Below, one piece after another: positions 50,290-64,000 of a stretch of 64,000 bases of DNA. The notes beneath the pieces are model-generated. The model had not been told where the DNA came from, ran no database searches, and worked only from the letters and a program-made list of their open reading frames with translations. The stretch comes from Octopus bimaculoides. Taxonomy: Eukaryota. Both the position numbers and the translations under genes were made by a program. The DNA lies in the NCBI RefSeq assembly GCF_001194135.2, contig NC_068991.1, forward strand, positions 77,195,817 to 77,259,816, written 5' to 3'. Every line of letters starts with the position of its first letter. Position 1 is the stretch's first letter.

Positions 50290-50875
50290 TTGTTTCGGAG
50301 TGGTAGATGACAGCATTACTAGAGCACTGTACAAAATGCCTTGTGGCATTTCGTTATGTCTATTTATTTTCGTATCCTGCCGGTTGGCTCTGCCTTTCCT
50401 CTCTCTCTCTCTTTCCAGGATTGAGAAAATAAATACTAATCAGGGACTGGGGTGATTTCAATCAATCGTGCCTTCCTTCAGCATTGCATGACCTTGTGTC
50501 CGTATTATAAATTATCATTATTATCATTGGACTGGCAGAAACATTAAAGCAGCAGAGAAAAGGCTTTGCAGTATTCGTTCCAGCTCTTTACACTCCGAGT
50601 TCAAATCCTGCTGAAGTAAACTTTGTCTTTCATCTTTTCAGGGTCAATAAGTCCCGATCAAGTACTGTGGTCGATGTATGGCCAGCGTCCTTCTCTCAAA
50701 ATTGGTGACCTTCTACCTGAATTAGAAACAATTGTTGAGGATAAGGAATTAGAAGACTCATTAGAATATCAGAAAAATATGCTTTGTAGAATTTTTCCCA
50801 TTCTAAATTCAAATTCTGTCGAAGTCAACTTTGCCTTCCATTCCACTGTGGTCAATGAAATAAACTACTGGTCAC
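50290..50875 (+). mobile_element. Three head-to-tail SINE family C copies (about 50290-50525, 50530-50745, 50760-50875)
   Basis: The gagttcaaatcc/ttcaaattc...aactttg.c.ttcat core and the gaccttgtg...attatcattattatcatt tail are repeated in direct orientation. Confidence 0.7.
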
Positions 50876-51329
50876 AACCCATCTTCTCAACACCTCTACC
50901 TTCCCACTTCCCTCTGTAGGCCCCTCCACTCACCCTCCCTTTCCCCCACTTGTACACTCTCTGTGCCCTCACATGTCTATCCTGCTCCCGTCAGCCACTC
51001 CAGTTTCTCTCACCATCACTCTTCCCCATCTCTAAACATCCACCCCTCACACTCTTATGAAGCATACCTCCCCATCCTCTCACTACCACTTATGTTCCCT
51101 GCACTCTACCCTATGAGTCTCTATCCCAATGCATCTCCAACACCAATAATTTCTCTCATTCCGTTGTCTCTCTCTATCTCCCTATCTCTCCCTCTCTCTC
51201 CTTCCTCTCCTTTCTTTTCCCACTGGGGTTGCTAAGTATCTCCTCTACCCTCTATTATATTTTAACCTCTTGACTGGCACACGGCCACCTCCCTCAGCAC
51301 CGCCACCCCTTTCCCTGCTGGTGCTGATC

Positions 51330-51545
51330 CCATGTAAAAAGCACCAATGCTGGTGTCACATAAAAAAAGCACCCAGTCCACTCTGTAAAGTGGTTGGCAT
51401 TAACAAAGGCATCCAGCCATAGAAACCATGTCAAAACAGACAATAGAGCCTGGTGCATCTCTCTGGCTTTGCCAGTTCCTGTCAAGCTGTCCAATGCATG
51501 CCAAGACGGATGTTAAATGATGATGATGGTAATGATGGTGATAAT
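51330..51545 (+). mobile_element. Family B
   Basis: aaaagcacccagtccactctgtaaagtggttggcattaacaaaggcatccagcc...ggatgttaaa(tga)n. Confidence 0.8.
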
Positions 51546-52899
51546 CCTATTTTCATTGAATGATTTCTTTGCATTATCACATACAGCTTTGTGTGCCTTC
51601 AGTATGTGCAGTGTTTTGTTATTTCTATTGCATTGAACATGTGCAGTTCCTGGTTTTCTGTATGTTGTGCATATTTGTAAGTCAGAATTTTTGTTATGTA
51701 TTTGTCTTCATGTCTTTTGATCATTTCTAAGGAATCTATTATTATAGGGATTGTTTCTGTTTCAGTCCCACATTCATTTTATCATTATTTCCAAATCTTT
51801 ACATTTGGATAATTTCTCCATTTCTTTGACTGATACATTGTCATCTGTTGGGACTGATATTTCTTGTAGAAGGCATTTCTTTCCCTGCTTCTCTGCCTGT
51901 ATATATTGCCATATCCCAGAGTTGCTTTGCCATTGTCAGTGATCTTTTCTACTGTTTCTCTATACCACTTCTTTCCTGTTGGTATTCCATAATGCTAGCA
52001 AAACCTCTGGTGTATACTAGTCTCAACCTGTCATGCTTATGGATGCATTTTTTTCTTTTGGCTAAGCCTGGGTAGTCAGAGACAGCATAGTCATGTGTTT
52101 CTTCCTTGTCTCTACATATTCTGAACTTACAAACTGTGTTCTACACGATTTAGTTACGTTATGGATCCTAATACCACTAAGATCAGCTTTGCCTTTCATC
52201 CTTCTATAGTCAATAAAATAAAGTACCAGTCAAATATTATGTTGATTTAATCAATTCACCCCTTATCTTAATTTTGTGTGGCTTTGTGTCTATATTAGAA
52301 ACAATATTATTAGAATTGGTAAACTGCTTGACTAAATGTCTTGTATTGTTTGGCTTACATGTTTTACATTCTGAGTTCAGATTCTGCTGTTCTCATAAAG
52401 GAATATGTAACATGTAACTTAAACAATATAGTACCAGGGCTGACTAGAACCACTCCACCTTTTCACAAATTATGGCATTGTACCAATGCTAGAAATTATT
52501 ATGTTATTAGTTAGTCACCATCTTTTAGCAGTCATTAATATATAATTCCAACATATTACAATGGTTGCAGTTTGGTTAATTTTCATCTGAAATGAATAAA
52601 TATGGTGTCTTTCAAAGTGTCAAGACTTGGAACTCAATAATTAACTGATCTCAAAACTAAACATATTCAATATATTTGACACAAAAAATACATTTTCAAT
52701 TGATTGTCTTGTAGTAAATACTTAAGATATATTTATTCATGTCTGTTATAAAGACTTGAACGGAAAAAAAAAGAGCAGAGATGATAATAAATTACACGGA
52801 CTTCTGAAGGCCAACTTATAATTTATATTAAAACTGAGTATCAAAGAAAGAAGGTTAATAAACATGGCTGCAGGGAGGGGACAGTGACTTATATAAGTG

Positions 52900-53090
52900 G
52901 TGGATTGGCAGAAGTGGTAGAGCATTAGACACAATGACTGTGATATTTAGTTACAATTCATTACACTGCTTTCAAATCCTGCCGAGGTTAACTTTGGCTT
53001 CCAATTCTCCAAGAGTCTGATAAAATAAAGTAGTCAAGTGCTGGAGTTGATTGATATTTTTAGAAAGTATCTGTGACGTGAAAGTAATTA
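52900..53090 (+). mobile_element. SINE family C, degenerate (another fragment at about 52170-52330)
   Basis: tggcagaagtggtagagca...ttcaaatcctgccgaggttaactttgg...gataaaataaagtag. Confidence 0.65.
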
Positions 53091-53496
53091 TAATATTAAA
53101 CTTGGTGATGCAAACCTCAATCTGGCTCCGGTATTGACCGGCTGTTTTGTGACAGTTGTTTATTTCTTTTTTTTCATTAGTCTACAAATGGTCATTGAGT
53201 ATTAAAACTTTTATTTTGCCTCAGACTGTTATGGCAGCATAGAGAGTTGGCGTCAGAAAGGGCATTTGATAATAAAACACTACCTCAAAAAAGCCCTGTC
53301 CAACCCATGGAAAGGTGAATGTAAAATGATAACAATGATGTTAGTTCAGACACATTAACGACAATAAGATAATTTGGTGAGGTTGTAGTTGTTATTGTTC
53401 CTGCTTTTAGAAGTTTCTGTCAACTCTACAAACAAACCTATTTAAATAGCCTACATGATCTGCACCCTTGGGTACATCCAGTTTCCTTACATCACA

Positions 53497-53553
<57 letters not shown>

Positions 53554-54005
53554 NNNNNNNNNNNNNNNNNNNNNNNNNNNNNNNNNNNNNNNNNNNNNNN
53601 NNNNNNNNNNNNNNNNNNNNNNNNNNNNNNNNNNNNNNNNNNNNNNNNNNNNNNNNNNNNNNNNNNNNNNNNNNNNNNNNNNNNNNNNNNNNNNNNNNNN
53701 NNNNNNNNNNNNNNNNNNNNNNNNNNNNNNNNNNNNNNNNNNNNNNNNNNNNNNNNNNNNNNNNNNNNNNNNNNNNNNNNNNNNNNNNNNNNNNNNNNNN
53801 NNNNNNNNNNNNNNNNNNNNNNNNNNNNNNNNNNNNNNNNNNNNNNNNNNNNNNNNNNNNNNNNNNNNNNNNNNNNNNNNNNNNNNNNNNNNNNNNNNNN
53901 NNNNNNNNNNNNNNNNNNNNNNNNNNNNNNNNNNNNNNNNNNNNNNNNNNNNNNNNNNNNNNNNNNNNNNNNNNNNNNNNNNNNNNNNNNNNNNNNNNNN
54001 NNNNN
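53554..54005. other. Assembly gap between (CT)n and (TA)n
   Basis: N run. Confidence 1.
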
Positions 54006-54006
54006 N

Positions 54007-54041
<35 letters not shown>

Positions 54042-54084
54042 GTATGTATATATGTATGTATCTGTGTGAGCATCTTTGCATCTA

Positions 54085-54292
54085 TGTTTGTCCCCGCTTC
54101 ACCACTTGGCAGCCGTTGTTGGCGTATTTACATCCACATACCTCAGTGGTTTGGCCAAAGAGACTGACAGAATAGGTACTAGGCTTAAAAAATAAGTCCT
54201 GGCGTCGCTTTATTCGACTAAAACCCTCCAAAGCAGTGCTCCAGCATGGACGCAGTCAAATGACTGAAACAAGTGAAAGAATAAAAGAATAT
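54085..54292 (+). mobile_element. SINE family A 3' half
   Basis: Homologous to 2620-2815. The 5' half probably lies in or before the gap. Confidence 0.85.
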
Positions 54293-54734
54293 ATGAATTG
54301 AAGTATACAGTATTATATATCCATTACAGCCAATCTTACCAATCGATTAATACACTTCGATTAATATACCTACTTTACTGACAGATATATGAGTGCATTT
54401 TTTCCTGACTTATGGACTCTTAGACAACTTACACACATACACACTTATCTATATTTATGTATTTACATACATATATACATAACCAATATTTTTTAAGCCA
54501 TACTGTAGAGCTTAGTTTATTAACAATGTACAGTGTTGAGTGAATGTCAAACTATGTGAGGATGTTGCATGTGAACTGAGTTATCCCATCTGCTCTTGAA
54601 TATTTAACAGTCCTGGTACTAACAATGTAATTTTGCAAATTGCTGATCTCATATTTGCAATGTTTTAATATTCTTTTTTCTTCAGTTTGTTCTATAATTG
54701 CCATCAAATGTATTGTTCCTACATTTATAGGGGC

Positions 54735-55040
54735 TCCGAAAGGGGTTTCAGGGAGTAGTGTCTCTGCCTTCCTGAGCTAGTTTTCCATCACATTTCTTAG
54801 AAACCGTAGTAGAGGCCTTGGTCTCAGGTTCAGAGGTTGGGGGTAAACAAGGGCATGCTTCACTTAGAAAATCCGGCTCCAAAAAAACGTCATAATAATA
54901 AAGGAGAATTAGCACCAGCCAGCCCAAAGGTTGGGGTGGGCTGCACCTGCCTACCTCAGTTGCTATGGCATTGAGGTAGATCCAGCCACCCCTGTTATCG
55001 GGGACAAAACCAGAATTTAAAACACTGGATGGAAACACTA
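54735..55040 (+). repeat. GC-richer interspersed repeat (retroposon 3' end), homologous to 27815-27960
   Basis: Shared about 90-bp segment ending aaaacactggatg. Confidence 0.65.
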
Positions 55041-55699
55041 GACATAATTCAAACTGAGAATCTTTATTTCTAAAAAAAAGTCTAATAACCTCCTCATCCA
55101 CCAGGCCACTGCACATGCACCACTCTACACATTTTTATGTCATCAAACAGCATCTGATCTTGTTGATATTTTTTAGCTGATATTACATTTAGCAAGAAGC
55201 ATTTTACTAATCAAGTGACTTAATTAGAATATGTTTGGCTCTGATATAGTATGGTAGATATTATAGTCTAATATATATTAATGATATTCCAATAGCTAAT
55301 TATGTAGCAATGGTATTTTAATAACTAGTTATAATATATTGATTATTACTTAACTGTTTATTAATCACAATTGAGGACAGTAAATTAGAATTTCCTGCTG
55401 CTAATAGAGAGCTTCATTACAAGCTTTGTCATATAGCGTCTCACTATTCTGGAACAATGTCATATTCCTTTAATCATCATCAGGGACATAAAGTATGCAC
55501 CTGTGTTGGACTGGTTCTATTGTAAGCAACTAATTCTATCTCCTTTGCAGAAAAGGTTTTGCACTTGAGAAAACTTATATTAATCACAGAGAACAGAAGT
55601 AAGGGCTTTTTTAATTTTTTTTTTTTTTTTCTTTTAGCAAGTTAGAGGATCAGGAGCATGGTTTCCCAGACTGGTAATAAAAATGTGGCTGATATTCAT

Positions 55700-55950
55700 C
55701 ATCATCATCATCATCTTCATTTTCATTTATTTAATGCTTGTTTTCTATGCTGGCATGGGTTGGACAGTTTGACAAGAGCTGGAAAGTTGGAGAGCTCCAC
55801 CAGGCTCTAATTGTCAGTTTTTGGCATGGCTTCTATGGCTGGATGCCCTTCCTAATGCCAATCGATTTACAGAGTGTACTGGGTGCTTTTTACATGGCAC
55901 CAGCATCAATGGGGTGACCAAGTAACTTGCAAGAGAAAAACCTCTTAGTT
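55700..55950 (-). mobile_element. Family B
   Basis: (cat)n...ttctatgctggcatgggttggacagtttgacaagagc...ggctggatgcccttcctaatgccaa. Confidence 0.8.
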
Positions 55951-57269
55951 GAGAGAAGGAATGGAACTGGGGAAAGTGGTTGTGTGGTAGGCAAGTGGTT
56001 AGAGTATAATAGAAGGACAGAGATAGTTGTCTAACTACAGAAGATATATTTGGCAACCCTGGAAGGAGAAGAAAGCTGGGAGAGAGTTAGAGAGAGAGAG
56101 CGAAAGAAATAGATGGTATTGGAAGTGTATTGGGGCCTATCCACAGGGAATCTGAAGGACGATATCTCTAGGATAAGAAGTGTGGACAAAGAAGGAATTC
56201 CAGAGGGAAAATTTCCTACAAAAGAAAACCCCTTAATGTGGAATATGTGAGGTGAAATGCAGTAGAGCTCTTATTGTTCATCCTCAGACCAGCTCAGCTA
56301 GAGCCATCCCATTTTTGCGTCTCTATGATCACATTATCAAATGTGTAATTTTTCTTGAAGGCAGTAGAGTTGCAAAGGATTTGGTTGTTATTTTTAGCAT
56401 GTTGAATGACCATGTAGATGCTTCTCTAATGGCTCAGCAGGCGAGATGAGAGGGGGTGAGACAAGAGAATCTATGTGTGGGGAGGGGTATGGCTAAGAAG
56501 AGCCTAGGATGAGAAGATTTAATTCTTGTGTTAAGACATTCCACTTCATTTCTGGTTTTATCTTTCAGGAAGCATCACATGTTCCTCTGTTGAGAATCTA
56601 GGACCTTGTAAATAACCAAAAAAGATACTATTGTTAATGGAAATGGTACAATATTTATTGGACTAAAGGTCTGTAGCATTAAATCTCTAAAGCTTTGTAT
56701 TTCATGCTGTCGTTCATCCTTTCGAGATTAGTTTTGTGTAATCAGATATATTAACCAGATGTTAATGGTTGATTCTATTGATATAATTATATTTTAGGGC
56801 TTAAATTTAATGCCTAAACAGCATTTCTAATGAGTGATTTTAATGCTGTCATAACATTTCGCATACATGTTCTTAATTTCTATGACAAAATAATTCTAAA
56901 ATGGCAGAGTTGAATGATATAACAGTTTTCAATAATAGAAATGTACTGTAGCCTGTATCTATTCAGTCTTAGTGGACCCAGCATGTGTAATCGAATCCAC
57001 TGGACAATTGTATTGCAGTGACAAGTATAAAATGATACAATGTCATTTTAAAGAAGACCAGTTTAATGGAAATAGGGAATTCAAGAAACTGAGTGGAAGG
57101 ATTTATTTGCATTTCTAAAAAAAGAAATATCACAGGCCTTGTTGAAAATATGTAAAGTTAGAGACAACTAATTGATTGTGACATTCAATGAACCACTGTA
57201 GAAGGTTAAACTTCAGATACTTGATAAGCTTTATAAAGACTTCAATACTCGCTTAATGGTTTATAAGGT

Positions 57270-57410
57270 GGTGAGCTGGCAGAATTGTTAGCACGCTAGG
57301 CAAAATGCCTAGTGGTATTTCGTCTACCGCTACGTGCTGAGTTCAAATTCTGATAGGGTCGACTTAACCTTTCATCCTTTCAGGATTGATTAAATAAGTA
57401 CCAGTTGTTA
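57270..57410 (+). mobile_element. SINE family C (5' part)
   Basis: ggtgagctggcagaattgttagcacgctaggcaaaatgcctagtggtatttcgtc...gagttcaaattc...gattaaataagtaccagtt. Confidence 0.85.
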
Positions 57411-58463
57411 AGCTGTGTGTCTCTATTTTTGCTATCTGATGTCATACCTGCTTCAGGGTAGGAAGAGTGGCTACAAAAGTACACACTGCAACAGTATAGG
57501 CACACATAAATTTCGTATATGTTAGGACAGAAGAATGGGAATATAAATGGATTGAAGCAAGATCTGCTGTATACTTTGTCTGAACTAGTTTGGCTTCATG
57601 CTGGTTTCACACATTTTACCTTTAAAATGCTATCAAGAAAGCTTGGCCTTGTAGATAGAAAAAGTTCTTATTCCCTTCACTAGTATTGTATTTTCATTTT
57701 AAGGCAAATGGTCAAAGTAACAAGGTCTTTTAATGTTGTTTACAAGCGTACCATTCTGTGATCAGATTTTTCCAAGGTTAAATTTACCTTTCACAGCCAA
57801 TCATATCCTGAGTTGATCAGTAAGTAAGATGCATATTTAGGAATTGATTCACTCTCCTATAGACCTCTTCTATAAACTAGTGGACTTGTGCAGTTTATGT
57901 AAATAAACCTTTTTAAAATGGTGGAGTTTGGACAAATTGTAGAGGGAAGAACTAGAAACTTTAGCCCCCACAACGGTTAACTTTATGACCTACATAAGTT
58001 TTTAATATTTATGCTTTGGTAATACATAAATATTAGATACAAGTGAGGGTTGCCGGCAGGAAGGGTATCCAGCCGTAGAAAACTCTGCTTCAACAAGATA
58101 TAGATATGATCACTAATTCATAGAGAAAATAAAATGAGATTATATGTAATCCAAGCTTCTTTCAAGCACAATGATTTCTTAATTAGACATAAAACTATTT
58201 GCTAGAAAGAGAGAGAAACTGTCGAGATTGCATAGTGACCTTGCTTGTCCCATGGATTTGATTCAACAGAATCTTGCCTCTTGTTTTACATCAAATACCC
58301 AAGATGTAGAATCTCATATTTAGAGAGTGAATAATTTTTAAACTGAATATTATTTAGTTTTCAAGAGCGCTTTCTGATGTAAGGAAAGCTATAGTTGTTA
58401 TTTCCTGATGGCAACAACCAAGAATTGAAATAGAGTCAGAGATTAGGCTGACTAAGGATTTAC

Positions 58464-58581
58464 CTTTACTCCTCCATCATGGGCTTCCCTTAATAATTCC
58501 AGATTTACAGATCCCTTATAATTCCTTCCTTCTGCTTGTCTTTCTTTTTCTCTTCCTTTTGCTGCTGCTGTTTCACCGTAA
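58464..58581 (-). CDS. Candidate 118-nt internal coding exon of an unidentified gene
   Basis: Strong acceptor (ggctctttgtttcag) and donor (aag|gtaaat). Exactly one frame is open end to end: YGETAAAKGREKERQAEGRNYKGSVNLELLREAHDGGVK (phase 2 to 0). Confidence 0.35.
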
Positions 58582-59133
58582 CTGAAACAAAGAGCCAAGG
58601 GCCATACACATCACAAAGTGTATGTGTTCATTGAGTTTACAGCCTGTTGTCTTTTGTATCTATTTGTGATTTCCATTAAAGAGCTTAATGTAATGTATGT
58701 TTAATTTCACCAAAGGCTGACAACTAGTCAAAAAACAAAAACAGCAAAAAAAAAAAAACAACAACTCCGTGTCAGTTTTAAGTGCTAACTTCCGACTCTG
58801 AAGATGAACATGATCAAAACTGTTTACTCTACACTTTAAACACACATTTCACATTGTGGTTGAATGTACATTGGCACATACACAAATGTATATAAATATA
58901 TGAACACATATGTATGTACGTGCGTGTGTGTGTATAGTTGGTTGGTGCAATTGCGTCGACTGCAGGTGACAAAAACTACTCACAACAAATAATTGGGTAT
59001 AGAATGAACAAATAAATCATTGAATCAATAACTAATGATGTGCGATTTATATATAGTTTCCACTGCCTACATTCTGTGTAAATGAACTGACCCACTACAC
59101 AGTGTAAATACATTGCATGTAATACACCAACAC

Positions 59134-59171
<38 letters not shown>

Positions 59172-60041
59172 ATGACCACTTGTATAATGCATTTATGTAT
59201 GTGTGTGTGTTTATGTATTGTTTGTATATCTGCATATATAAACAGCTTAGATAATTTCTATGATACACACATACACACATGACAAACATCATCATAATCA
59301 TTGTTTGAACATCCACTTTTCCATAATTGGATGTGTCAGATCAGAATATATTTGGGACACAATTTTTCTACAGCCAGATAGCCTTCTTGATGCTAAACCT
59401 TCACTTGTTCCCAAGCAAGGTAACAATTACCCAATCTGATAAACAATGAAACAGCCTAGGCATAGAACTGGATAGAAATGAGATCGTCTGAATATACACC
59501 TTTTGTTTACAAAGATCTTGCAACCTGCTAAAACATATCAAGAAACCCCAGATAGGATTTTGCAGCAGACTGTAGGCAAAACCTTCCACCATTATGAAGA
59601 GTGATACTTTTGTTTATAACCAATGAACATGAAAGAAAATGGGGGTGGGGAACATGAACTTACAAACATAAACTCTTGCTCTCACATACACACATGTGCA
59701 CACTTGTATATATACATAAATATATACATACATAGATATTATCATCAGTCATTGTCATCTTTTAACATCCGTCTTCCACTCAAATTGTTTTCCTCTAACC
59801 GCCAGTAACTGGCAGCAATGCAGATTGAACATTGATCACACTAACATCGTGCAGTTTGGGGAGGCTTGGAAAGTTATGGGCTCTTCTTGTTTCAAGCTCT
59901 TATTGAATAATCAAATACAAAGAATAAAAATTCTTCAGGTTTTTGCAAAGTAGACGACAGGCAGCAGTAATGTCTCAGTGTTTAAAGTCAAACGGTGCAT
60001 TCGGAATAAGTGTGTAGAAGACATTTCTACCCTAGCCATAC

Positions 60042-60125
60042 CCATCCACCGGAGATGCTGACCTCCATTACAAACTGCCCCGCCAATTGTGCATTGCTTC
60101 CACTGAACCAACAAGGGGGCTTTAC
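60042..60125 (-). other. Candidate 84-nt exon, unverified
   Basis: Acceptor ttgctttttcttgcag and donor tgg|gtatgg. Length is a multiple of 3, GC is locally raised, and two frames are open (GKAPLLVQWKQCTIGGAVCNGGQHLRWM or VKPPCWFSGSNAQLAGQFVMEVSISGGW). Confidence 0.3.
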
Positions 60126-62659
60126 CTGCAAGAAAAAGCAACTAAGTTTCCCTCAAATCATAGCCCCTCGTCTTAAAAATAGGCTGTATTAAATAATGTA
60201 GTGAAGAGTGTAATATGCTTGAAAAAAAAAAAAAACGAATGGCCACGGTTGGAGTGTCTTTAATCATAGTTCTGCTCCATCAGGGCTAACTCAGGGCTAA
60301 ACAACAACGACACCAACATTGAGGATATTGTCTAAAGGGGGGAATTATTTCCACCTGAGGTGCCTATACTTTCAGAGTGGTACACAGAGCCATTTAAAGA
60401 TAACGTTCTTGGCCATAGACACAAAACAATATTGGTGACAAGATGCTATCCATCAAAGTTTCAGCTGGTTGTTCTACACTTATTTCACTCAACTTTCTGT
60501 ATTATCAATCCTAATTGTGCAAAGATACATTTAATCAAAATTACCAGAATTACCTTTCATCTTTTCCAAATGACGATAAAATGTCTCCCATTCCATTTTA
60601 ATCCTGCTCATTCATATATGTTGTTACATTTAGTTGAATGGAACCATTTTTTATGGTCAAGGCACACTAGTCTGCACCCCCCCCTCTCACACAGAAAGTG
60701 ATTTACAATGTTCTGATAGAATACAGTCAATGGGTAAGTGGGATATGTAAGGTGATAGAGGCAGTCACCCAAATAAACCATTATTATTCATTTTACTGAT
60801 TAATTAATACATTCTGCTAATGAATGAGTATTGTTATGGTAATAATATATTGTCATTATCATCATCGTCATCATCGTCATCATCGTCATCGACATCATCA
60901 TCGTCATTGTCATAAGCAATGTAATTGTGAGGTGTAACCTAATGCCAGCAATATATCATCAAGACTACCACTCCCTTCTCAGCATCCAGCATGAACCATA
61001 CGCAACCAGCCACCACCACCACCACCACCACCATCGCTGATATTCGTTGCTACCATCACCATCATCGTTATGATAATGATCATCATTGAAGGCGCGTTAC
61101 AGCTTCTCGCTCCAGACACCACCTACTACCGACCAAATGTACCCTCCACCCAAAATACAATCTGGTGCAACTAATACTGCTGCCACTATCAGCACCACCA
61201 CCACCAGCACCACCACCACTACCACCACCACCACACATACAAATGATGTTACTATTATCATTACAACCATCATCCTTTCATGACAACGGCTACTCCTACC
61301 GCTCCTCTCTTTACCATTCTCTTCCTACTTCTATTCACCATCTCCCTCCCTCCTTCTTATCTCTGCTTCACACTGTCATCTCTCTCTCTCATCTCAGTCA
61401 CTGCCTATCTTATATTCTTCTTCTTCTCTTCATCATTAGCACTACCTTCTCCTCTTCCTCCTCCTCCTCCATAGTTACCATCATGGCCACCACCTTTTCC
61501 AATAATCTGTTTTGCATTGTGACATAAGTTTGACAGGTTTGAAAAATACCATCACTGTCTAGAGATAAAACAATAGTACAGTGTGTGAGTGGACTTATGC
61601 ATTCTGACACCCACATATGCACATATACACATATTAGATATATATATATATATACACATATGTATATATATATATACACATATGTATGTGTGTATGTGTG
61701 TGTGTGTGTGTGTGTGTGTATGTATATATGTGTGTGTGTGTATACACATATCTATAATACATTAAAAGTGAGCTTGAATCTTGTTTGCTTGCTTGTTTGC
61801 AATGTTGCCCAGCCAAACTGGCACATAATGGGAAAATACTCTGAATTAAGTTTCCCCTGAAATGTAAATATGAATGGAATAAAAACAAATTTTGCATAAA
61901 TCAGACAAGTGGTTTTCAGGGTATAAATACCCAAAATGGTGCATAGTGGGAAAATAACTTAATCCTGAAAGGGAAGGAACTCTTACCTTTCAGTTAGACA
62001 CAGTGACTTGACAACGAAAATATACGATTTGTTTTTACAGTAAATGTTTCTATTTTCATTTTTGTTAAATGTAATATTTTAATCATTTAGAAATATTTTT
62101 AAGTGAATGTGATTTCAAAATGTAAGTTGTTTGTACAGTAAATATTTATATTTTAGCTTTCTTTAATCAGACATTATTTTAATGTTTTTTAAAATTATTT
62201 TCAAGTGAATACCATTACAAAAATTATTTTTGGCATATTTAAAAAAATATTTTAAAGTGAAAATGTCTTTAAAAATATGGTAAATATTTTGTAAAAGACC
62301 CATTCGTAACCTCGGTGTGAAATAATTTTTTTCCATTTTTTTAGAGTGCATTCAACATATCTCACCTCCAAAGATTTGGCTGCTATTTCTAGCCCACCCT
62401 GCTACCACGTAACAGCTATTTGCGATAAAGGACTCGAAATACCTGTTACATGATAGTAGGGTGTGCAAGAAATAGCAGCCAAATCTTTCCTTTTCTGGAG
62501 AAAGGAACCATTTACATGTGATTTTGATGTCACATTTGTTGAAAGCATGCGAATTAAACTGGAAAAGAAAAAAGAAACCCATGGAACAAAACTCAGTTGC
62601 TGGGAAACTCATAATTTCCTGGTGATCCAACGGGTCAGGAGTATTCTAGTATATATATA

Positions 62660-62973
62660 NNNNNNNNNNNNNNNNNNNNNNNNNNNNNNNNNNNNNNNNN
62701 NNNNNNNNNNNNNNNNNNNNNNNNNNNNNNNNNNNNNNNNNNNNNNNNNNNNNNNNNNNNNNNNNNNNNNNNNNNNNNNNNNNNNNNNNNNNNNNNNNNN
62801 NNNNNNNNNNNNNNNNNNNNNNNNNNNNNNNNNNNNNNNNNNNNNNNNNNNNNNNNNNNNNNNNNNNNNNNNNNNNNNNNNNNNNNNNNNNNNNNNNNNN
62901 NNNNNNNNNNNNNNNNNNNNNNNNNNNNNNNNNNNNNNNNNNNNNNNNNNNNNNNNNNNNNNNNNNNNNNNNN
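62660..62973. other. Assembly gap in (TA)n
   Basis: N run. Confidence 1.
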
Positions 62974-63789
62974 ATATATATATATATATATATACATATA
63001 GTAAAATGAGGATTCAAATAGAACTGGGTACTTGAAAAGATATGCACCAGAGTTGGATAAACCTGTGGTTCCAGCTTATTGTTGATAAGTATTAAATAGG
63101 ATATTCTGGTTGTGTACACAGAGAAAACCAACCCTATGAGTATTTAGTGACTAGGGGCTGGTCCAAATCACATGTTATGTTGAATTGTACATTGTTGGTA
63201 TACTCTAGGATGTCTAACAAGTAAATCCCCTCGGTGTATTATAATCAAATGAATAATAACAGAGAATGCATAATTGTCAATTATCCATCATCTGTTATTA
63301 TTCATTTGATTTTATATATATATATATATATGTGTGTGTGTTTGTGTATGTTTGTATGCATGTATATACACATATATGTGTGTATATGTGTGCATATATA
63401 TATATATACACACATATATACAGACACACATGTGTATGTGTGTGCATACAAGCACACCACAATCATTGTCTCTTTCTCTTTAACTCTTTTATTTCTTTAT
63501 CAATGTTTTATTTCTTCCTTTTTCTTTTCCATAGAAAATACAAAAAAAAACACATGATTGTTGTTGTTGTTAACCCATCCCCCTTCAGTTAACCCATATC
63601 GAGCTGATCAAAGGCATTCCAGCCATGACCAATCAGTTTTAGGGATGTTTATGATTATATTTCTTGTGTATCTTTATTAAAGATGGTAGAGTGTACCATA
63701 AGAATGATTGTGCTGCTATTTCTTGCAAATTGAGCAGCAACATGATGGCTGTCATGGTGTTAGCATGTTGGTGATCAGTCAGGTGGTAT

Positions 63790-64000
63790 AGTTCATTTCT
63801 TGTGTGTGTGTATCAACAGCTGCACCATCCCAGAAATGTGTGCAGTACTCTAATGTACTCTTGTGTCATATAAGGATCAGCGACTGCTTGAAGCTAAAGT
63901 AGTTTCTGGCACCAGGTTCAGTGTTGGCTTTCTTATTGATGCAGGGTTGCTATGCAAGACCATCATAGATTGCAAGGCTTTAAATTCTTCTAGATTCTAA
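63790..64000 (-). mobile_element. CR1/L2/Jockey-group LINE fragment (post-RT region), continuing beyond the window
   Basis: ..CINKKA.....RNYFSFKQSLILI.HKSTLEYCTHFWDGAA resembles 'I.KKAS..LG...R.F...QLL.LYK...RS.LEYCS..W.GA'. Confidence 0.55.

Noticed and set aside
54748-55116. 122-aa minus-strand ORF
   Set aside because: It overlaps an interspersed repeat that has a second copy at 27815-27960, and has no protein motif.

Overview
This is an AT-rich, microsatellite-dense eukaryotic scaffold segment with 8 N-gaps, most of them flanked by simple repeats, as in a short-read assembly. The recurring SINE families point to an octopus (cephalopod) genome; this is inferred from repeat recognition, not a database search. 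The window is mostly intergenic or intronic and packed with transposon relics. There are about 30 copies or fragments of three main SINE families, labelled A, B and C here, plus a fourth short repeat family D. There are also a near full-length decayed pogo/Tigger transposase (8.2-9.85 kb), a mariner C-terminal fragment, three RTE-type LINE fragments, two homologous Tx1 (L1-clade) ORF2 3' halves plus a Tx1 endonuclease fragment, and weaker CR1-like, RLE-type, piggyBac-like and Helitron-like remnants. No protein-coding gene can be named. The best candidate is an open frame running in from the left edge (2-241); several splice-site-bounded open exons remain unverified. Almost all ORFs in the supplied track are microsatellite or gap artefacts. 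The most interesting structures are a nested (ATT)n / SINE / Tx1 / (ATT)n arrangement suggesting a microsatellite-targeting LINE-SINE system, a ~170-bp near-perfect palindrome between inverted SINEs, and a 130-bp inverted repeat running into a gap. I found no clear evidence of a new multi-gene biological system.
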